A stretch of 64,000 bases of DNA, from the NCBI GenBank assembly GCA_964648865.1, contig CAZYLV010000004.1, positions 2,740-66,739 of the forward strand, read 5' to 3'. Below are positions 29,772 through 39,450 of this stretch, piece by piece. Origin of the DNA: an uncultured Gammaproteobacteria bacterium. Lineage in GTDB: Bacteria; Patescibacteriota; Patescibacteriia; 2-12-FULL-57-11. Made by a program: the position numbers and the translations under genes. The notes under the pieces are model-generated. The model worked only from the letters and a program-made list of their open reading frames with translations, did not search any database and was not told the DNA's origin. Each line of letters starts with the position of its first letter. Position 1 is the stretch's first letter.

Positions 29772-31298
29772 ATGTCCCCCGTTTTCCTCATCCTCACTGC
29801 CCTCCTCGGCGCCGCCGCGGGAGGCGCGGTCGGTTTTGCGCTCCGCCAGAAGCTGGCGGCCGGCAAGATCGGCTCCGCCGAGGCCAAGGCCCAGCAGATC
29901 CTCAGCGACGCCAAAGCCCAGGCCCAAAAGGCCGCGCTGGACGCCAGCGACAAGGGGCTCAAGCTCGTCGAAGACGCCAAGCGCGAGGCCGCGGCCCTGC
30001 GCAACGAGCTCAACGAAGAGAAGAAGCGCGTCGAGAAGCGCGAGGCGCTCTTCGACCAGAAGCTCCTGGAATTCCAGGACAAGGTCACCAAGCTCGCGGA
30101 GAAAGCCGCGGCCGTCGAAGCCGACCGGGCCGCCACGGCGGCACTCAAGGACGAGCAGATCGAGAAGCTCCAGGCCATCGCCGGTCTGACGCGCGACGAG
30201 GCCGCCGAGCGGCTCATGGCCCTCGTCGAGGAGGCGCAGAAGGAGGAGATCGTCTCGCGCATCCGCAAGATGGAGCAGGTCACCGCCGAGGACCTCGAGG
30301 TCAAGGCCAAGAACGTCCTGGCCACGACCATCCAGCGGCTGGCGTCCTCGCACGCCGTCGACACCACGACGACCGCCGTACAGCTGCCCTCCGACGACAT
30401 GAAGGGCCGCGTCATCGGCAAGGAGGGACGCAACATCAAGGCCATCGAGAACCTCACCGGCTGCGAGCTCATCGTCGACGACACGCCCGGCATCATCACC
30501 ATCTCGGGTTTCTCGCCCGTCCGCCGGCAGATCGCCAAGCGCGCGCTCGACAAGCTGCTCGCCGACGGCCGCATCCACCCCGGCCGGATCGAGGAAGCCG
30601 TCGAGGAGGCCAAGAAGGAGCTCAACCAGGACATGAAGAAAGCCGGTGAGGACGCGCTCTACGAGCTCGGCATCACCGGCGTCGACCCCAAGCTGATACA
30701 GATCCTCGGGCGGCTCAAGTTCCGCACGAGCTACGGCCAGAACGCGCTCCAGCACTCCATGGAGGTCGCCCAGCTCGCCACCCTCATGGCCGAGGAGCTC
30801 GGCGCCGACATCACCGTCTGCAAGAAGGGCGGCCTGTTCCACGACATCGGCAAGGCCGTGGACCATGACATCCAGGGCTCGCACCCGGAGATCGGCTACA
30901 ACATCATGAAGAAGTTCGGCTTCCCGGAGGAGCTCTGCTACCAGTCCATCGGCCACCACGAGGACAAACCGAGGACGCTCGAGGCGATCATCGTGAAGGC
31001 CGCCGACGCCATCTCCGGCGCCCGGCCCGGCGCGCGCAAGGACACGCTCGCCGAGTACGTCCGCCGGCTCGAGGAGCTCGAGAACGTGGCCACGTCCTTC
31101 CCCGGGGTCGAGAAGGCCTACGCCATCCAGGCCGGCCGCGACCTGCGCGTCTTCGTCTCGCCCAAGGCCGTGGACGACTTCGCCGCCTACCGGTTGGCCA
31201 AGGACATCGCCAGCCGCATCGAGAGCGAGCTCAAGTACCCCGGCGAGATCCGCGTCACCGTCATCCGCGAGACGCGCGTGATGGAGGTCGCCCGGTGA
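29772..31298 (+). CDS. rny: Ribonuclease Y
   Basis: N-terminal TM, coiled coil, KH domain (KGRVIGKEGRNI), HD domain (HDIGKA) and SGARPGAR. Confidence 0.97.
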   Translation: MSPVFLILTALLGAAAGGAVGFALRQKLAAGKIGSAEAKAQQILSDAKAQAQKAALDASDKGLKLVEDAKREAAALRNELNEEKKRVEKREALFDQKLLEFQDKVTKLAEKAAAVEADRAATAALKDEQIEKLQAIAGLTRDEAAERLMALVEEAQKEEIVSRIRKMEQVTAEDLEVKAKNVLATTIQRLASSHAVDTTTTAVQLPSDDMKGRVIGKEGRNIKAIENLTGCELIVDDTPGIITISGFSPVRRQIAKRALDKLLADGRIHPGRIEEAVEEAKKELNQDMKKAGEDALYELGITGVDPKLIQILGRLKFRTSYGQNALQHSMEVAQLATLMAEELGADITVCKKGGLFHDIGKAVDHDIQGSHPEIGYNIMKKFGFPEELCYQSIGHHEDKPRTLEAIIVKAADAISGARPGARKDTLAEYVRRLEELENVATSFPGVEKAYAIQAGRDLRVFVSPKAVDDFAAYRLAKDIASRIESELKYPGEIRVTVIRETRVMEVAR

Positions 31299-31300
31299 GC

Positions 31301-32104
31301 ATGGAGATCCTCGTCTTCGGCGACGTCATGGGCCGCATCGGCCGCAAGGCGCTCGCCGCCACGCTCCCCGCCTGGAAGGAGCGCGTCCGTCCGGACCTGA
31401 TCGTCGCCAACGGCGAGAACCTGGCGCACGGCAAGGGGGTCACCGAGGGCACGGCGCAGGAGCTCTTCGACGCCGGCGTCGACGTGCTGACCGGCGGCAA
31501 CCACGTCTTCGAGGCCCATGGCGAGCTCATGCTCGCCTCCCCGCACTGGCGCGAGCGGCTGTTGCGGCCGGCCAACTACCCGGACACCCGGCCCGGCCAA
31601 GGCGCGATCCTCCTCGACGTCGGCGGGGTCCCGACCCTTGTGGTAAACTTGCTTTGCCAGGTGTTCATGAAGCAGGGCGACGAGGTGGAGAACCCCTTCA
31701 CGTCCTTCGACCGCATCCTGGCGCGGTACCCGGAGGCGAAGGTGGTGCTCGTGGACCTGCACGGCGAGGTCACCTCGGAGCGCGTCGGCTTCGGCCTGCA
31801 CGCCGCGGGGCGTGCCGCCGCCGTCTGGGGCACGCACACCCACGTGCCCACCGCCGACACGCGCATCCTTCCCGAGGGCACGGCCTACCAGACGGACGTC
31901 GGCATGACCGGCTACGCCGACGGCGTCATCGGCATCGACGCCGCCGCGCCGCTCGCGGCCTTCCGCGCCGGGACGCCGCTCAAGGGCGCGGAGCTCCCCG
32001 AGACGGGGCACGCGGTGGCCAACGCCCTGCACGTCAGCGTGGATCCGGAGAGCGGTCGGGCCTCCCACGTCGAACGGCTCCAAGAGTACGTCACTGTCAG
32101 CTGA
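31301..32104 (+). CDS. ymdB: YmdB-family metallophosphoesterase (TIGR00282)
   Basis: GDVMG, NGEN, GNH, RPANYP, GTHTHVPTAD and TDVGMTG motifs; lies after rny. Confidence 0.92.
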   Translation: MEILVFGDVMGRIGRKALAATLPAWKERVRPDLIVANGENLAHGKGVTEGTAQELFDAGVDVLTGGNHVFEAHGELMLASPHWRERLLRPANYPDTRPGQGAILLDVGGVPTLVVNLLCQVFMKQGDEVENPFTSFDRILARYPEAKVVLVDLHGEVTSERVGFGLHAAGRAAAVWGTHTHVPTADTRILPEGTAYQTDVGMTGYADGVIGIDAAAPLAAFRAGTPLKGAELPETGHAVANALHVSVDPESGRASHVERLQEYVTVS

Positions 32105-32105
32105 T

Positions 32106-32387
32106 ATGAACAAAGCCGAGCTCGCCGCAGCGCTTGCGGAAAAACTCCAGCTCCCCAAGGCCCAGACGGAGCGCATGATCGAGGCCTTCACGGAGGTCGT
32201 CACCGGGACGCTCAAGTCCGGGGGCGAGGTGAACATCGCCGGCTTCGGCGCCTTCCAGGCGCGGACCCGCAAGGGCCGCACCGGGGTCAATCCCAGGAAC
32301 CCCGCCGAGAAGATCCAGATCGCCGACGTGGTGGTGCCCAAGTTCAAGGCCGGCAGCAACCTCAAGAAGGCGCTCAAAGGCGAATAA
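32106..32387 (+). CDS. hup: HU family DNA-binding protein
   Basis: MNKAEL...GFGAF...RTGVNPRN...PKFKAG. Confidence 0.95.
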   Translation: MNKAELAAALAEKLQLPKAQTERMIEAFTEVVTGTLKSGGEVNIAGFGAFQARTRKGRTGVNPRNPAEKIQIADVVVPKFKAGSNLKKALKGE

Positions 32388-32419
32388 GAAAACCGCCCGG
32401 TCGACCGGGCGGTTTTCTT
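32386..32419. terminator. Bidirectional terminator
   Basis: Perfect palindrome AAGAAAACCGCCCGGTCGACCGGGCGGTTTTCTT between convergent genes. Confidence 0.8.
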
Positions 32420-32424
32420 GTCGA

Positions 32425-33693
32425 TCACTTCTTCATGCCCGTCCAGGCGCGGACGGCGGCGAGCAGGTCTGCGCGCGGGAGGAGATCGGCCTTCTCGGCA
32501 CCCCGTTCTTTCCACTCCACGGCATCCTTGGCGAGCGTCTTCTCGGAGACCACGAGCCGGAGCGGGATGCCGATGAGGTCGGCGTCGGCGAACTTCTCGC
32601 CCGGCGCGGCGTCCTCGCGGTCGTCCCAGAGCACCTCGAGACCTGCCGCCTCCACGTCGGCGACGAGCGTCTCCGCGGATGCGGCGACCTCTTCCGGCTT
32701 CTTGCCGCCGATGGACACCAGGTGCACGTCGAACGGCGCCACGCTGCGCGGCCAGACGATGCCCTTGTCGTCGTGATGCACCTCGACGATCGTCCCCATG
32801 ACGCGCGACGGCCCGATGCCGTAGCAGCCCATCAGCACCTCGCGTTTCTTGCCGTCGGCGTCGTCGACCGTGAAGCCGAACGCGTCCGTGAACCGGGACT
32901 TCAACGGGAAGATGTTGCCGACTTCGATGGCCTTGTCGACCTTGATCGTCCCTTCTTTGCAGCTGGGGCAGGCGTCGCCCTCTTTCACCTCGGCGATCTC
33001 CTTGTTCTGGGCGAAGCCGCACTTCCCGCAATGGAAGATGAGGTCCTCACCCGAGTCCGTGAGGACCTGAAACTCGTGGCTGTACTTGGAGAAGACGCCG
33101 CCTGATGCCTCGACGACGAGCGCCTCCAGCCCGCAGCGCCGGTAGACGGCGAGGTAGGCGTCCTTGGCCCGCTCGTAGAACCGCTCGAAGTCCTCTTGCG
33201 TGAGGTGGAAGCTGTAGAGGTCCTTCATCGAGAACTCGCGACCGCGGAGCAGGCCCGACTTGGCCCGCGGCTCGTTGCGGAACTTGTCCTGGATCTGGTA
33301 GACGGCCACCGGCAGGTCCTTGTACGAGCGCACGAACTGCTGCACCAGCGGCGTGACGATCTCCTCGTGCGTCGAGCCGAGCGCGTATTCCTTGCCTCCG
33401 TGGCCCTCGAGCTTGAAGAGCACGTCGATCTCGTCCCAACGGCCGGTCGTAGTCCACGGCTCCTTGGGGGTCAGCGCGGGCATCAGCACCTCCTGCGCCC
33501 CGAGCGCGTCCATTTCCTCGCGGACGATGCGCTTGACCTTATCGAGCACGCGCAAGCCGAGCGGCAGATAGGTGAAGATGCCGGCGGCGAGCTGGTTGAC
33601 GAAGCCGCCCTGCACCAAGAGGCGCGCGTTGGCGGAGTCGGCGTCGTGGGGGGCGGTCTTCCGGGTCTTGGCGAACAGCTGGGAGTAGCGCAT
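32425..33693 (-). CDS. proS: Proline--tRNA ligase (short form, no INS editing domain)
   Basis: THEE, QIQDKFRNEPR, REFSMKDLYSF and MGCYGIG motifs. Confidence 0.96.
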   Translation of the reverse strand: MRYSQLFAKTRKTAPHDADSANARLLVQGGFVNQLAAGIFTYLPLGLRVLDKVKRIVREEMDALGAQEVLMPALTPKEPWTTTGRWDEIDVLFKLEGHGGKEYALGSTHEEIVTPLVQQFVRSYKDLPVAVYQIQDKFRNEPRAKSGLLRGREFSMKDLYSFHLTQEDFERFYERAKDAYLAVYRRCGLEALVVEASGGVFSKYSHEFQVLTDSGEDLIFHCGKCGFAQNKEIAEVKEGDACPSCKEGTIKVDKAIEVGNIFPLKSRFTDAFGFTVDDADGKKREVLMGCYGIGPSRVMGTIVEVHHDDKGIVWPRSVAPFDVHLVSIGGKKPEEVAASAETLVADVEAAGLEVLWDDREDAAPGEKFADADLIGIPLRLVVSEKTLAKDAVEWKERGAEKADLLPRADLLAAVRAWTGMKK

Positions 33694-33750
33694 ATCGCGG
33701 GAAATCTACCACGCGTCCCGGAAAAGAAAAAGACGCGCCGGGGGGCGACG

Positions 33751-34464
33751 TCAGTCGAGCGTGATGACGAGCTCCTGCGCGGGACGCGGGAAGATCTCGT
33801 CGCCGCAGTCGCGCAGCATCAGGCAACGCTCGGTCACCTGCCGGAGCGGCCGGTCCGCGACCCGGACGGTCCAATAGGGATGCAGCTCGACCGGGCCGAC
33901 CAGCCGCGGGGAAGCCTCCCAGCTGCGCCATTCGAGGACGTACTCCTGGACCTCCTCCACGCAGACCTCCATCGGCACGATGCGGATCGGACGCGGCACG
34001 CCCGCGTCCGGACGGTCCGGGACGACGGGTCGCCGTGCGAGCGCCTCCAGGCCGTGGAGGGCGGCGTGCAGGCCGCCGGCGATGGCCAACGCGCCCGCCA
34101 GGGAGAGCGCCACGATGCCGACGGCGATGGCCAGACCTCGCACGAGCTGGAGCGCCGTGGCCGCAGCGGAAGCGACCCTCTCGCAGACCTCCATGGCGAT
34201 CCGCTCGGCCATGGCCCAGACCCCGAGCCGTGTCGCGCAGCGCAGCAGGTCGTTCTCGTAGGCGAGCGACGCGGCGTAGGTCCGCAGCGGCGTCTCGCTC
34301 TCACGGTAGGACTCCCGCGGCTCCGGCGCGGGTCCGCGCTCTCCGGTGAGCGCCGCGTGCCAGCGTGCGGCCGTGACGCTCCATGCGGAGAGCAATCGCA
34401 GATGGGCGATGGCGAGGCCGTGGACGTAGCCCGCCAACGCCTCGCGGAACCGGTTTTCTCGCAC
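33751..34464 (-). CDS. Hypothetical membrane protein
   Basis: GTG start after AGGAGGT SD; one TM segment. Confidence 0.55.
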   Translation of the reverse strand: MRENRFREALAGYVHGLAIAHLRLLSAWSVTAARWHAALTGERGPAPEPRESYRESETPLRTYAASLAYENDLLRCATRLGVWAMAERIAMEVCERVASAAATALQLVRGLAIAVGIVALSLAGALAIAGGLHAALHGLEALARRPVVPDRPDAGVPRPIRIVPMEVCVEEVQEYVLEWRSWEASPRLVGPVELHPYWTVRVADRPLRQVTERCLMLRDCGDEIFPRPAQELVITLD

Positions 34465-34513
34465 GTTCACCTCCTGCCCTGCATCTTCCGAGGAAACCGC
34501 CCCGGCTGTCAAC

Positions 34514-34540
34514 AAAAAAAGAGGGTCCTCAGGGACCCCC
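34514..34540 (-). terminator. Intrinsic terminator closing the accessory array
   Basis: GGGGGTCC-CTGA-GGACCCTC-TTTTTTT. Confidence 0.75.
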
Positions 34541-34552
34541 GGTCGCCGCGCC

Positions 34553-35089
34553 TCAGATGACGTCGGGCGACGTCGGTACCGTCATCGGCGGGAACGCCGT
34601 CACGGCATCGTCGCAGTCGCGCTCGATGATTCCGAGCGCAGCGTCGAACCCGTCGTAGCACTCCGCGAGCGTGTCATGGCAGTCCCGCAACGCGTCCTGC
34701 TGACCGTCCAGCAGGCCCGCGCTGTCGTCGGCGACCTCCGCGTTCCGCTCGATGCAGGCCGCGACCAGCCGCTCGCTCTCCGCGACGAGCTGCCGCTCCC
34801 GCCGCTCGTCCGTGACGCCGCGGCGCAGCAGGATGAGCCGCCGTGCCGCCTCCAGACAGGGCTGGTCCGTGACCGCGAGGATGTCGCGGATCTCGCTCCG
34901 CAACATCCGGCGCGCGTCGTCCGGCGTCATGCCGGGGAAGCCGACCGGCTCCTCCGGCAGGACCACCAGCACCGAAGCCGACACGGTGCCGGACGACTCC
35001 TGCGGGGCATCGAGCCGTCCGCAGACGAACCCCGCTCCGCATGCGATGCCGACGACCGCGGCGAACCCCCACACTTGTCTCTCTCGCAT
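34553..35089 (-). CDS. Hypothetical N-terminally anchored, Cys-containing coiled-coil protein (array gene)
   Basis: GGAGGAG SD; N-terminal TM. Confidence 0.65.
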   Translation of the reverse strand: MRERQVWGFAAVVGIACGAGFVCGRLDAPQESSGTVSASVLVVLPEEPVGFPGMTPDDARRMLRSEIRDILAVTDQPCLEAARRLILLRRGVTDERRERQLVAESERLVAACIERNAEVADDSAGLLDGQQDALRDCHDTLAECYDGFDAALGIIERDCDDAVTAFPPMTVPTSPDVI

Positions 35090-35101
35090 CTCTCCTCCTC
35101 C

Positions 35102-35239
35102 CTACGGCTCGGCGACGCTCGGCTCGTACGGGGTGCGGTTCTCGTCGCCGCACCGCTGCACGAGGCTGATCGCGCCGATCAAGAGCAGCATGATGACCAC
35201 AAGGGGCCAGTTCAGGTCCGAACCCTTGTCTCTCTTCAT
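35102..35239 (-). CDS. Small single-TM protein, 45 aa (array gene)
   Basis: MKRDKGSDLNWPLVVIMLLLIGAISLVQRC...; AAGGAGGT SD. Confidence 0.55.
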   Translation of the reverse strand: MKRDKGSDLNWPLVVIMLLLIGAISLVQRCGDENRTPYEPSVAEP

Positions 35240-35392
35240 CTCACCTCCTTGGACCGGACGGATGGGCGAGGCGACGCGGGGAGAGTGTGCGCCGCTGCTC
35301 ACGCATCCATCGCGTCCAAGGAAGCCGCTCCTCCGGGAGCACCAGCGGGTGGTGCGCCCGGAGAAGAACCGGATACCGCTCCGGTGGGCGTT
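35240..35392 (-). repeat. Intergenic two-hairpin element R1 (type A) plus an extra SD-containing hairpin
   Basis: GCCCACCGGA-GCGGTA-TCCGG, then CTCCGGG...CCCGGAGGAG, then CCTTGGAC...GTCCAAGGAGG. Confidence 0.7.
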
Positions 35393-35824
35393 TCACTCCA
35401 TGGCGAGGGACGTCGTGTCCCGACAGATGCGGGACTCCGCCTGCTCGTCGACGCGCCCGTCGCAGTCGTTGTCGACCGCGTCGGAGACCTCGCAGTAGTC
35501 CGGGTGGACGCGCGGATCGCCGTCGTCGCAGTCGCGGCCGCCGCAGGCCACCGAGGCCTCGCCGTCGTTGTCGTCGTCCGCCAACCGGTGGATGCACGTC
35601 CGGCCGCCGCCGATGCACACCTCCCACTCGCAGTCCGAGAGATGGGTGACGGTCGTACCGGGACCGTACTCGCGCACCGCGGCGGCCTCGATGGCCGCGC
35701 GGCGCTCGGCGCGGATGCGCGCGTACTCCGCGGCGCGGCGCGTGACGTACTGGTCGAGCGCGGCACAGCCGCTGCAGGCGACGATGATGGCTGACGCCTG
35801 GAGCAGCACGATGAAGCTCTTCAC
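35393..35824 (-). CDS. Lipoprotein with MopE-like putative metal-binding motif (array gene)
   Basis: Lipoprotein-type signal; DCDDGDPRVHP...EVSDAVDNDCDGRVDE. Confidence 0.75.
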   Translation of the reverse strand: MKSFIVLLQASAIIVACSGCAALDQYVTRRAAEYARIRAERRAAIEAAAVREYGPGTTVTHLSDCEWEVCIGGGRTCIHRLADDDNDGEASVACGGRDCDDGDPRVHPDYCEVSDAVDNDCDGRVDEQAESRICRDTTSLAME

Positions 35825-35911
35825 GTTGGACCCTCCTTCCCAGGCCGCCACCGCACCGCGGTGATGGGCTGGGGAAAGGGCCGGAATGTCGCTTCCGGTG
35901 GGCGATGCGAC
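35825..35911 (-). repeat. Intergenic two-hairpin element R2 (type A)
   Basis: GCCCACCGGAAGCGACATTCCGGCCCTTTCCCCAG...CTGGGAAGGAGG. Confidence 0.85.
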
Positions 35912-36709
35912 TCAGGGCCGCGCGTCGAGGTCGTCAAGCAGCGTGACGCGCGAGAGCGCGATGCGGTCGTAATCGGAGACCGACGCGACCGGCGACCCCA
36001 GCGTGTAGTTGACGAAGAAGGCGTCCTCGACGATCCGCGACCGGAAGCGCGCGCTCGGCGCGAACACCGCGTCGGCGACGGCCGGAGCGATGGGCCGCAG
36101 CACGCCGCCGACATCGACGACGTAGAGCCGGTCCGGGGCGCTTTCCAGGCCGAGGACATAGGTCCCGGGGCGGACCGTGACGTTGCTGCCGGCGAGCGGG
36201 ATGCCGCTGAGCACTTCGCCGGAGACCACCATGACGTGATTGCAGATGTGGCTGCGGACGCCATCCTCGAGCCAGTGGTGCACCGGGCCTGCGGCCGTAT
36301 CTTCGCCGAACCAGGACATCAACTCGATCTCCGAAGGGAAGACATGCCGCCGACCGTCACGTCCGATGACGTAGACCTGATAGCTGCCCTCCCAACGCAC
36401 AAGCGCGCCGGGTGCAAGGTCGCGACCGTCGGACCGCAGGCAGGTGCGGCAGTGGCATCCGCCGCCGATACCCGGGGAGGCCTGCAAGAAGCCGCACACA
36501 GGCGGGCGACCGGGTTCCGGCTCCTCACACCCCGGCGCGGGCGGTCCGGCATCGCTGCCGGCATCCCTTCCCGCGTCCGTCCCGCTGTCGACGGGAAGCG
36601 CCGCGTCCGGCACGCCGACGTCGACCAGATGCGGCTCCGGGCAGGCCGGAGCCGTCCGTGCACCGCAGCCGCTCGTGCTGAACGCGAGCGCGAGAATCAG
36701 GGAACGCAT
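35912..36709 (-). CDS. Lipoprotein with DAG-rich linker and CPR-type surface repeat domain (array gene)
   Basis: Lipobox TSGC; VYVIGRDGRRHVFP...W...NVTVRPGT...GGVLR...DAFFVNYTLG. Confidence 0.75.
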   Translation of the reverse strand: MRSLILALAFSTSGCGARTAPACPEPHLVDVGVPDAALPVDSGTDAGRDAGSDAGPPAPGCEEPEPGRPPVCGFLQASPGIGGGCHCRTCLRSDGRDLAPGALVRWEGSYQVYVIGRDGRRHVFPSEIELMSWFGEDTAAGPVHHWLEDGVRSHICNHVMVVSGEVLSGIPLAGSNVTVRPGTYVLGLESAPDRLYVVDVGGVLRPIAPAVADAVFAPSARFRSRIVEDAFFVNYTLGSPVASVSDYDRIALSRVTLLDDLDARP

Positions 36710-36790
36710 CGTTTCCTCCTCCCAGACCGTCTCACGTGAGGCGGTCTCGGAAAAGGGCCGGAATGTCGCTTCCGGTGGGCGCCGTGGCCG
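36710..36790 (-). repeat. Intergenic two-hairpin element R3 (type A)
   Basis: GCCCACCGGAAGCGACATTCCGGCCCTTTTCCGAGACCGCCTCACGTGAGACGGTCTGGGAGGAGG. Confidence 0.88.
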
Positions 36791-37048
36791 TCAGTGCACG
36801 CGGGGGCACGTCCAGGCATCGAGGATCTCCGGACACGGTCGCTCGGACTGCGGGACCGTCCGACGGTCCCATGGGTCGAGCAGGTCGCAATGGAGCTCGA
36901 CCGGCTCGTCCGGCGAGGAGCGCTCCCCCTCCCAGGCGGGCGAGGTGAACAGATGCGGCTCAAGCCACGCCTCGGATGGCCGTGCGGGCCGCGACGGCAC
37001 GCCGCACGCCGCGAGCAGCACCACGGAAAGGAACATGAAACGCTGCAC
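36791..37048 (-). CDS. Small lipoprotein (array gene)
   Basis: LLAACG lipobox; GGAGGAGG SD. Confidence 0.6.
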   Translation of the reverse strand: MQRFMFLSVVLLAACGVPSRPARPSEAWLEPHLFTSPAWEGERSSPDEPVELHCDLLDPWDRRTVPQSERPCPEILDAWTCPRVH

Positions 37049-37125
37049 GTCTCTCCTCCTCCCAGACCATCTCATGTGAGCTGGTCTCGGAAAAGGGCCC
37101 GATGTCGCTCGGGTGGGCGCTGCCG
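37049..37125 (-). repeat. Intergenic two-hairpin element R4 (type A)
   Basis: GCCCACCCGAGCGACATCGGGCCCTTTTCCGAGACCAGCTCACATGAGATGGTCTGGGAGGAGG. Confidence 0.88.
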
Positions 37126-37725
37126 TCAGCGGCAGAACAGATCCTCGTCGGTCATACCATCGCAGTCGTTGTCCATGCCGTCGCAGACTTCGACAGACGG
37201 ACCGACTTCACGGATACAGGCGCTCCATCGCCCTGCGGAGCAGGTCTGGACGCCGCGCGCGCACTCGCCGAGGTCCGTGCCGCACAGCTGTGTATCCCCC
37301 TCCATGCAGCTGCAGCCCTCGTCGACCACGCCGTCGCAGTCGTTGTCGAGGCCGTCACAGGTCTCGGCGCCATCCGGGACGCACCCCACGATCTCGATGG
37401 TCGCGAGCGTGGTGACATGCGGACGCGGCGTATCGAGATGCGTTTCGTACGCGGTCACCTCGCCATCCTCCCAACAGACCACCGCCAGGGCGACGGCCGA
37501 GGCGACGATGTTGAACGTCAGGATCGCCAGGGCGTAGTTCCGCCAGCGCCCCGAGGGGTCCGTGGCCCGCACCGCCGCCTTCTCCTCACGGAGGACCTCG
37601 TTGAGCCGCCGCTCCGCCTCGAGCTGGGCCGCCCAGGCATTGCGGTAGTCGTCGTGCGGCTGGGGCGAGAGACGCCGAAGCGTCCAGACCACGGACCGCA
37701 GCAGGAGCATGCGCATCGTGCGCAT
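37126..37725 (-). CDS. Membrane protein with two MopE-like Cys/Asp-rich motifs (array gene)
   Basis: ETCDGLDNDCDGVVDEG and EVCDGMDNDCDGMTDE after a TM. Confidence 0.8.
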   Translation of the reverse strand: MRTMRMLLLRSVVWTLRRLSPQPHDDYRNAWAAQLEAERRLNEVLREEKAAVRATDPSGRWRNYALAILTFNIVASAVALAVVCWEDGEVTAYETHLDTPRPHVTTLATIEIVGCVPDGAETCDGLDNDCDGVVDEGCSCMEGDTQLCGTDLGECARGVQTCSAGRWSACIREVGPSVEVCDGMDNDCDGMTDEDLFCR

Positions 37726-37860
37726 CTTCCCTCCACTTCTTGTGAGACGAGAGAGGCATCCTCTCCCCCAAACCGCCACCGGAGTGACGGGCTGGGAAAA
37801 GGACGGGAGGGCGTCGAGCCGGGCTCGATGTCCCTCCCTACGGACCGCCACACGTGCGCC
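37726..37860 (-). repeat. Intergenic element R5 (hybrid: type-B first hairpin, R2-like second hairpin)
   Basis: GGGAGGG..TCGAGCCCGGCTCGA..CCCTCCC, then CCTTTTCCCAGCCCGTCAC...GTGGCGG. Confidence 0.75.
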
Positions 37861-39318
37861 TTACGGCCCGGCGGGCATGTCGTGGTTGTACCAGTAGAGC
37901 CAGCCGGAGGTCTCGTCGATCTCCGCCGGGTCGATCGTCGCCGGATCGGTCGGCACGACGACGTATCCGCTCGTCCAGCCCAAGTCGACCTCGCACGAGC
38001 CGCTGTAGTCGCGACGGAACACGCTGTACGACGAGCACAGCAGTCCGCCCCAGGCGAAGCGCACGGACGGGTCCGTGCCGATGTCCCGGATCGTCCACTG
38101 GCGGTCGGCGACGCCGTAGCGGCGCACGCCCGTCGCGAGGTCCACCCAGCTGACCATCGTCCCGGGACGGGCACCGACCTGCTCGACCGTCGCCGTGAGG
38201 CGCGCGGCCGCGTAGGTCTCGTCCGGGACGACCACCGCGTTGGCGCAGATGGTGTACGGATGCCATCGCGGGTCCGGCGGGAACCGGAACCAGTCGATGA
38301 ACTCGCGCATGGAGCGGAACTCGAAGATCCTCTGGGGGATTTCGAGATCCGTCCCGTAGCGGAGCGTCGGGTCGCTGACCGTGCGGAAGAGCCCGCTCGG
38401 CCGCGCATCCGGGCTGGCCGCGTACCAGGGCTCCGGCCCGCGCACCACACCCTCGCAGCGCGGGGTGCCGCCACCCGGGTCCTCGGCCAGACGCAGCAGG
38501 CCGTGCTCCGGTACGTCGATGTACCGGCCGACCTGCGGACAACCGATGAAGTTCGTGCCGCTCTCGGCGTCCGCGACGCTTCCGATGGGAAGCGCCCACT
38601 GCAGCGCGCGGCTGCGGTAGACCTCGGGATCGGCGAACGTGATGTAGATGACCACGTCCTCCGTGTACCAGGTGCTGCCGTCGGTCGGCGGTGCGACAGG
38701 GACGGCGATGCCGTCCGTGGCGAGCGCCTCGGCGGTCACGTCCTGGACGAGGACCGGCGGAAGCCGGACGTCGTCCACATGCACGCGAATCCGGAAGAGA
38801 TCGTCCGGGTCGCCGGCCCGCAGCTCGGGCCGGATGCGCAGGGTACGGACGTCCGTGGGGCCGAACAGCTCGACCCACAGGAAGTAACCGTCCTCGTTCC
38901 ACGGCTCACGCTCGCCCGTGCACCGCGTGTAGGGCATGGCCGCGTACGTGCCACCCTCCGGGACGACGCTCTCGCAGGACAGCGGCTGCTCGCAGAACGA
39001 GAGCAGGTCCTGGTAGTCCCGCGGATCACGGGGCGCCTCGACCTCACGCGTGTGGTGGCAGTCGCCGCCTTCGCAGGCGTCGACCGTCTCCGCGTCGCCG
39101 TCGTCGCAGTCGGCCACGCTCGTGCACAGGCCGGCCTCGACGGTCCGTTCGTGGTTGCAGAAGCCGGAGTCGGCCTCGCACCAGTCGAGCGTCTGGTCAT
39201 CGCGGTCGTCGCATTCGGCGTCCGCCTCGCAGCCGACCATCTCGTGGATGATCTCGATCCGCTCCGTGGAACAGGCCGAAATCAGCGCGGCGCTCACCGC
39301 ACACAGAAGCATCCGCAT
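37861..39318 (-). CDS. Lipoprotein with CDD...C Cys repeats and a divergent CPR-type C-terminal repeat domain (array gene)
   Basis: Lipobox ISAC; CDDRDDQTLDWC and CDDGDAETVDAC; C-terminal W...VVVPD...ARPGT. Confidence 0.7.
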   Translation of the reverse strand: MRMLLCAVSAALISACSTERIEIIHEMVGCEADAECDDRDDQTLDWCEADSGFCNHERTVEAGLCTSVADCDDGDAETVDACEGGDCHHTREVEAPRDPRDYQDLLSFCEQPLSCESVVPEGGTYAAMPYTRCTGEREPWNEDGYFLWVELFGPTDVRTLRIRPELRAGDPDDLFRIRVHVDDVRLPPVLVQDVTAEALATDGIAVPVAPPTDGSTWYTEDVVIYITFADPEVYRSRALQWALPIGSVADAESGTNFIGCPQVGRYIDVPEHGLLRLAEDPGGGTPRCEGVVRGPEPWYAASPDARPSGLFRTVSDPTLRYGTDLEIPQRIFEFRSMREFIDWFRFPPDPRWHPYTICANAVVVPDETYAAARLTATVEQVGARPGTMVSWVDLATGVRRYGVADRQWTIRDIGTDPSVRFAWGGLLCSSYSVFRRDYSGSCEVDLGWTSGYVVVPTDPATIDPAEIDETSGWLYWYNHDMPAGP

Positions 39319-39450
39319 CGCTTTCCTCCTTGTTGTACAGAACTGCCGATGACTTGAGGGCGTTTCCCACCGTGGGAAGCGCTCTCGAGAAATCGGGGGA
39401 GGTCGCCGTCGAGCCGGGCTCGACGGACGCCTCCCCGAGAGGCGCACGGA
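39319..39450 (-). repeat. Intergenic two-hairpin element R6 (type B)
   Basis: GGGGAGGCGTCCGTCGAGCCCGGCTCGACGGCGACCTCCCCCGATTTCTCGAG...CCTCAAGTCATCG...AAGGAGG. Confidence 0.85.
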
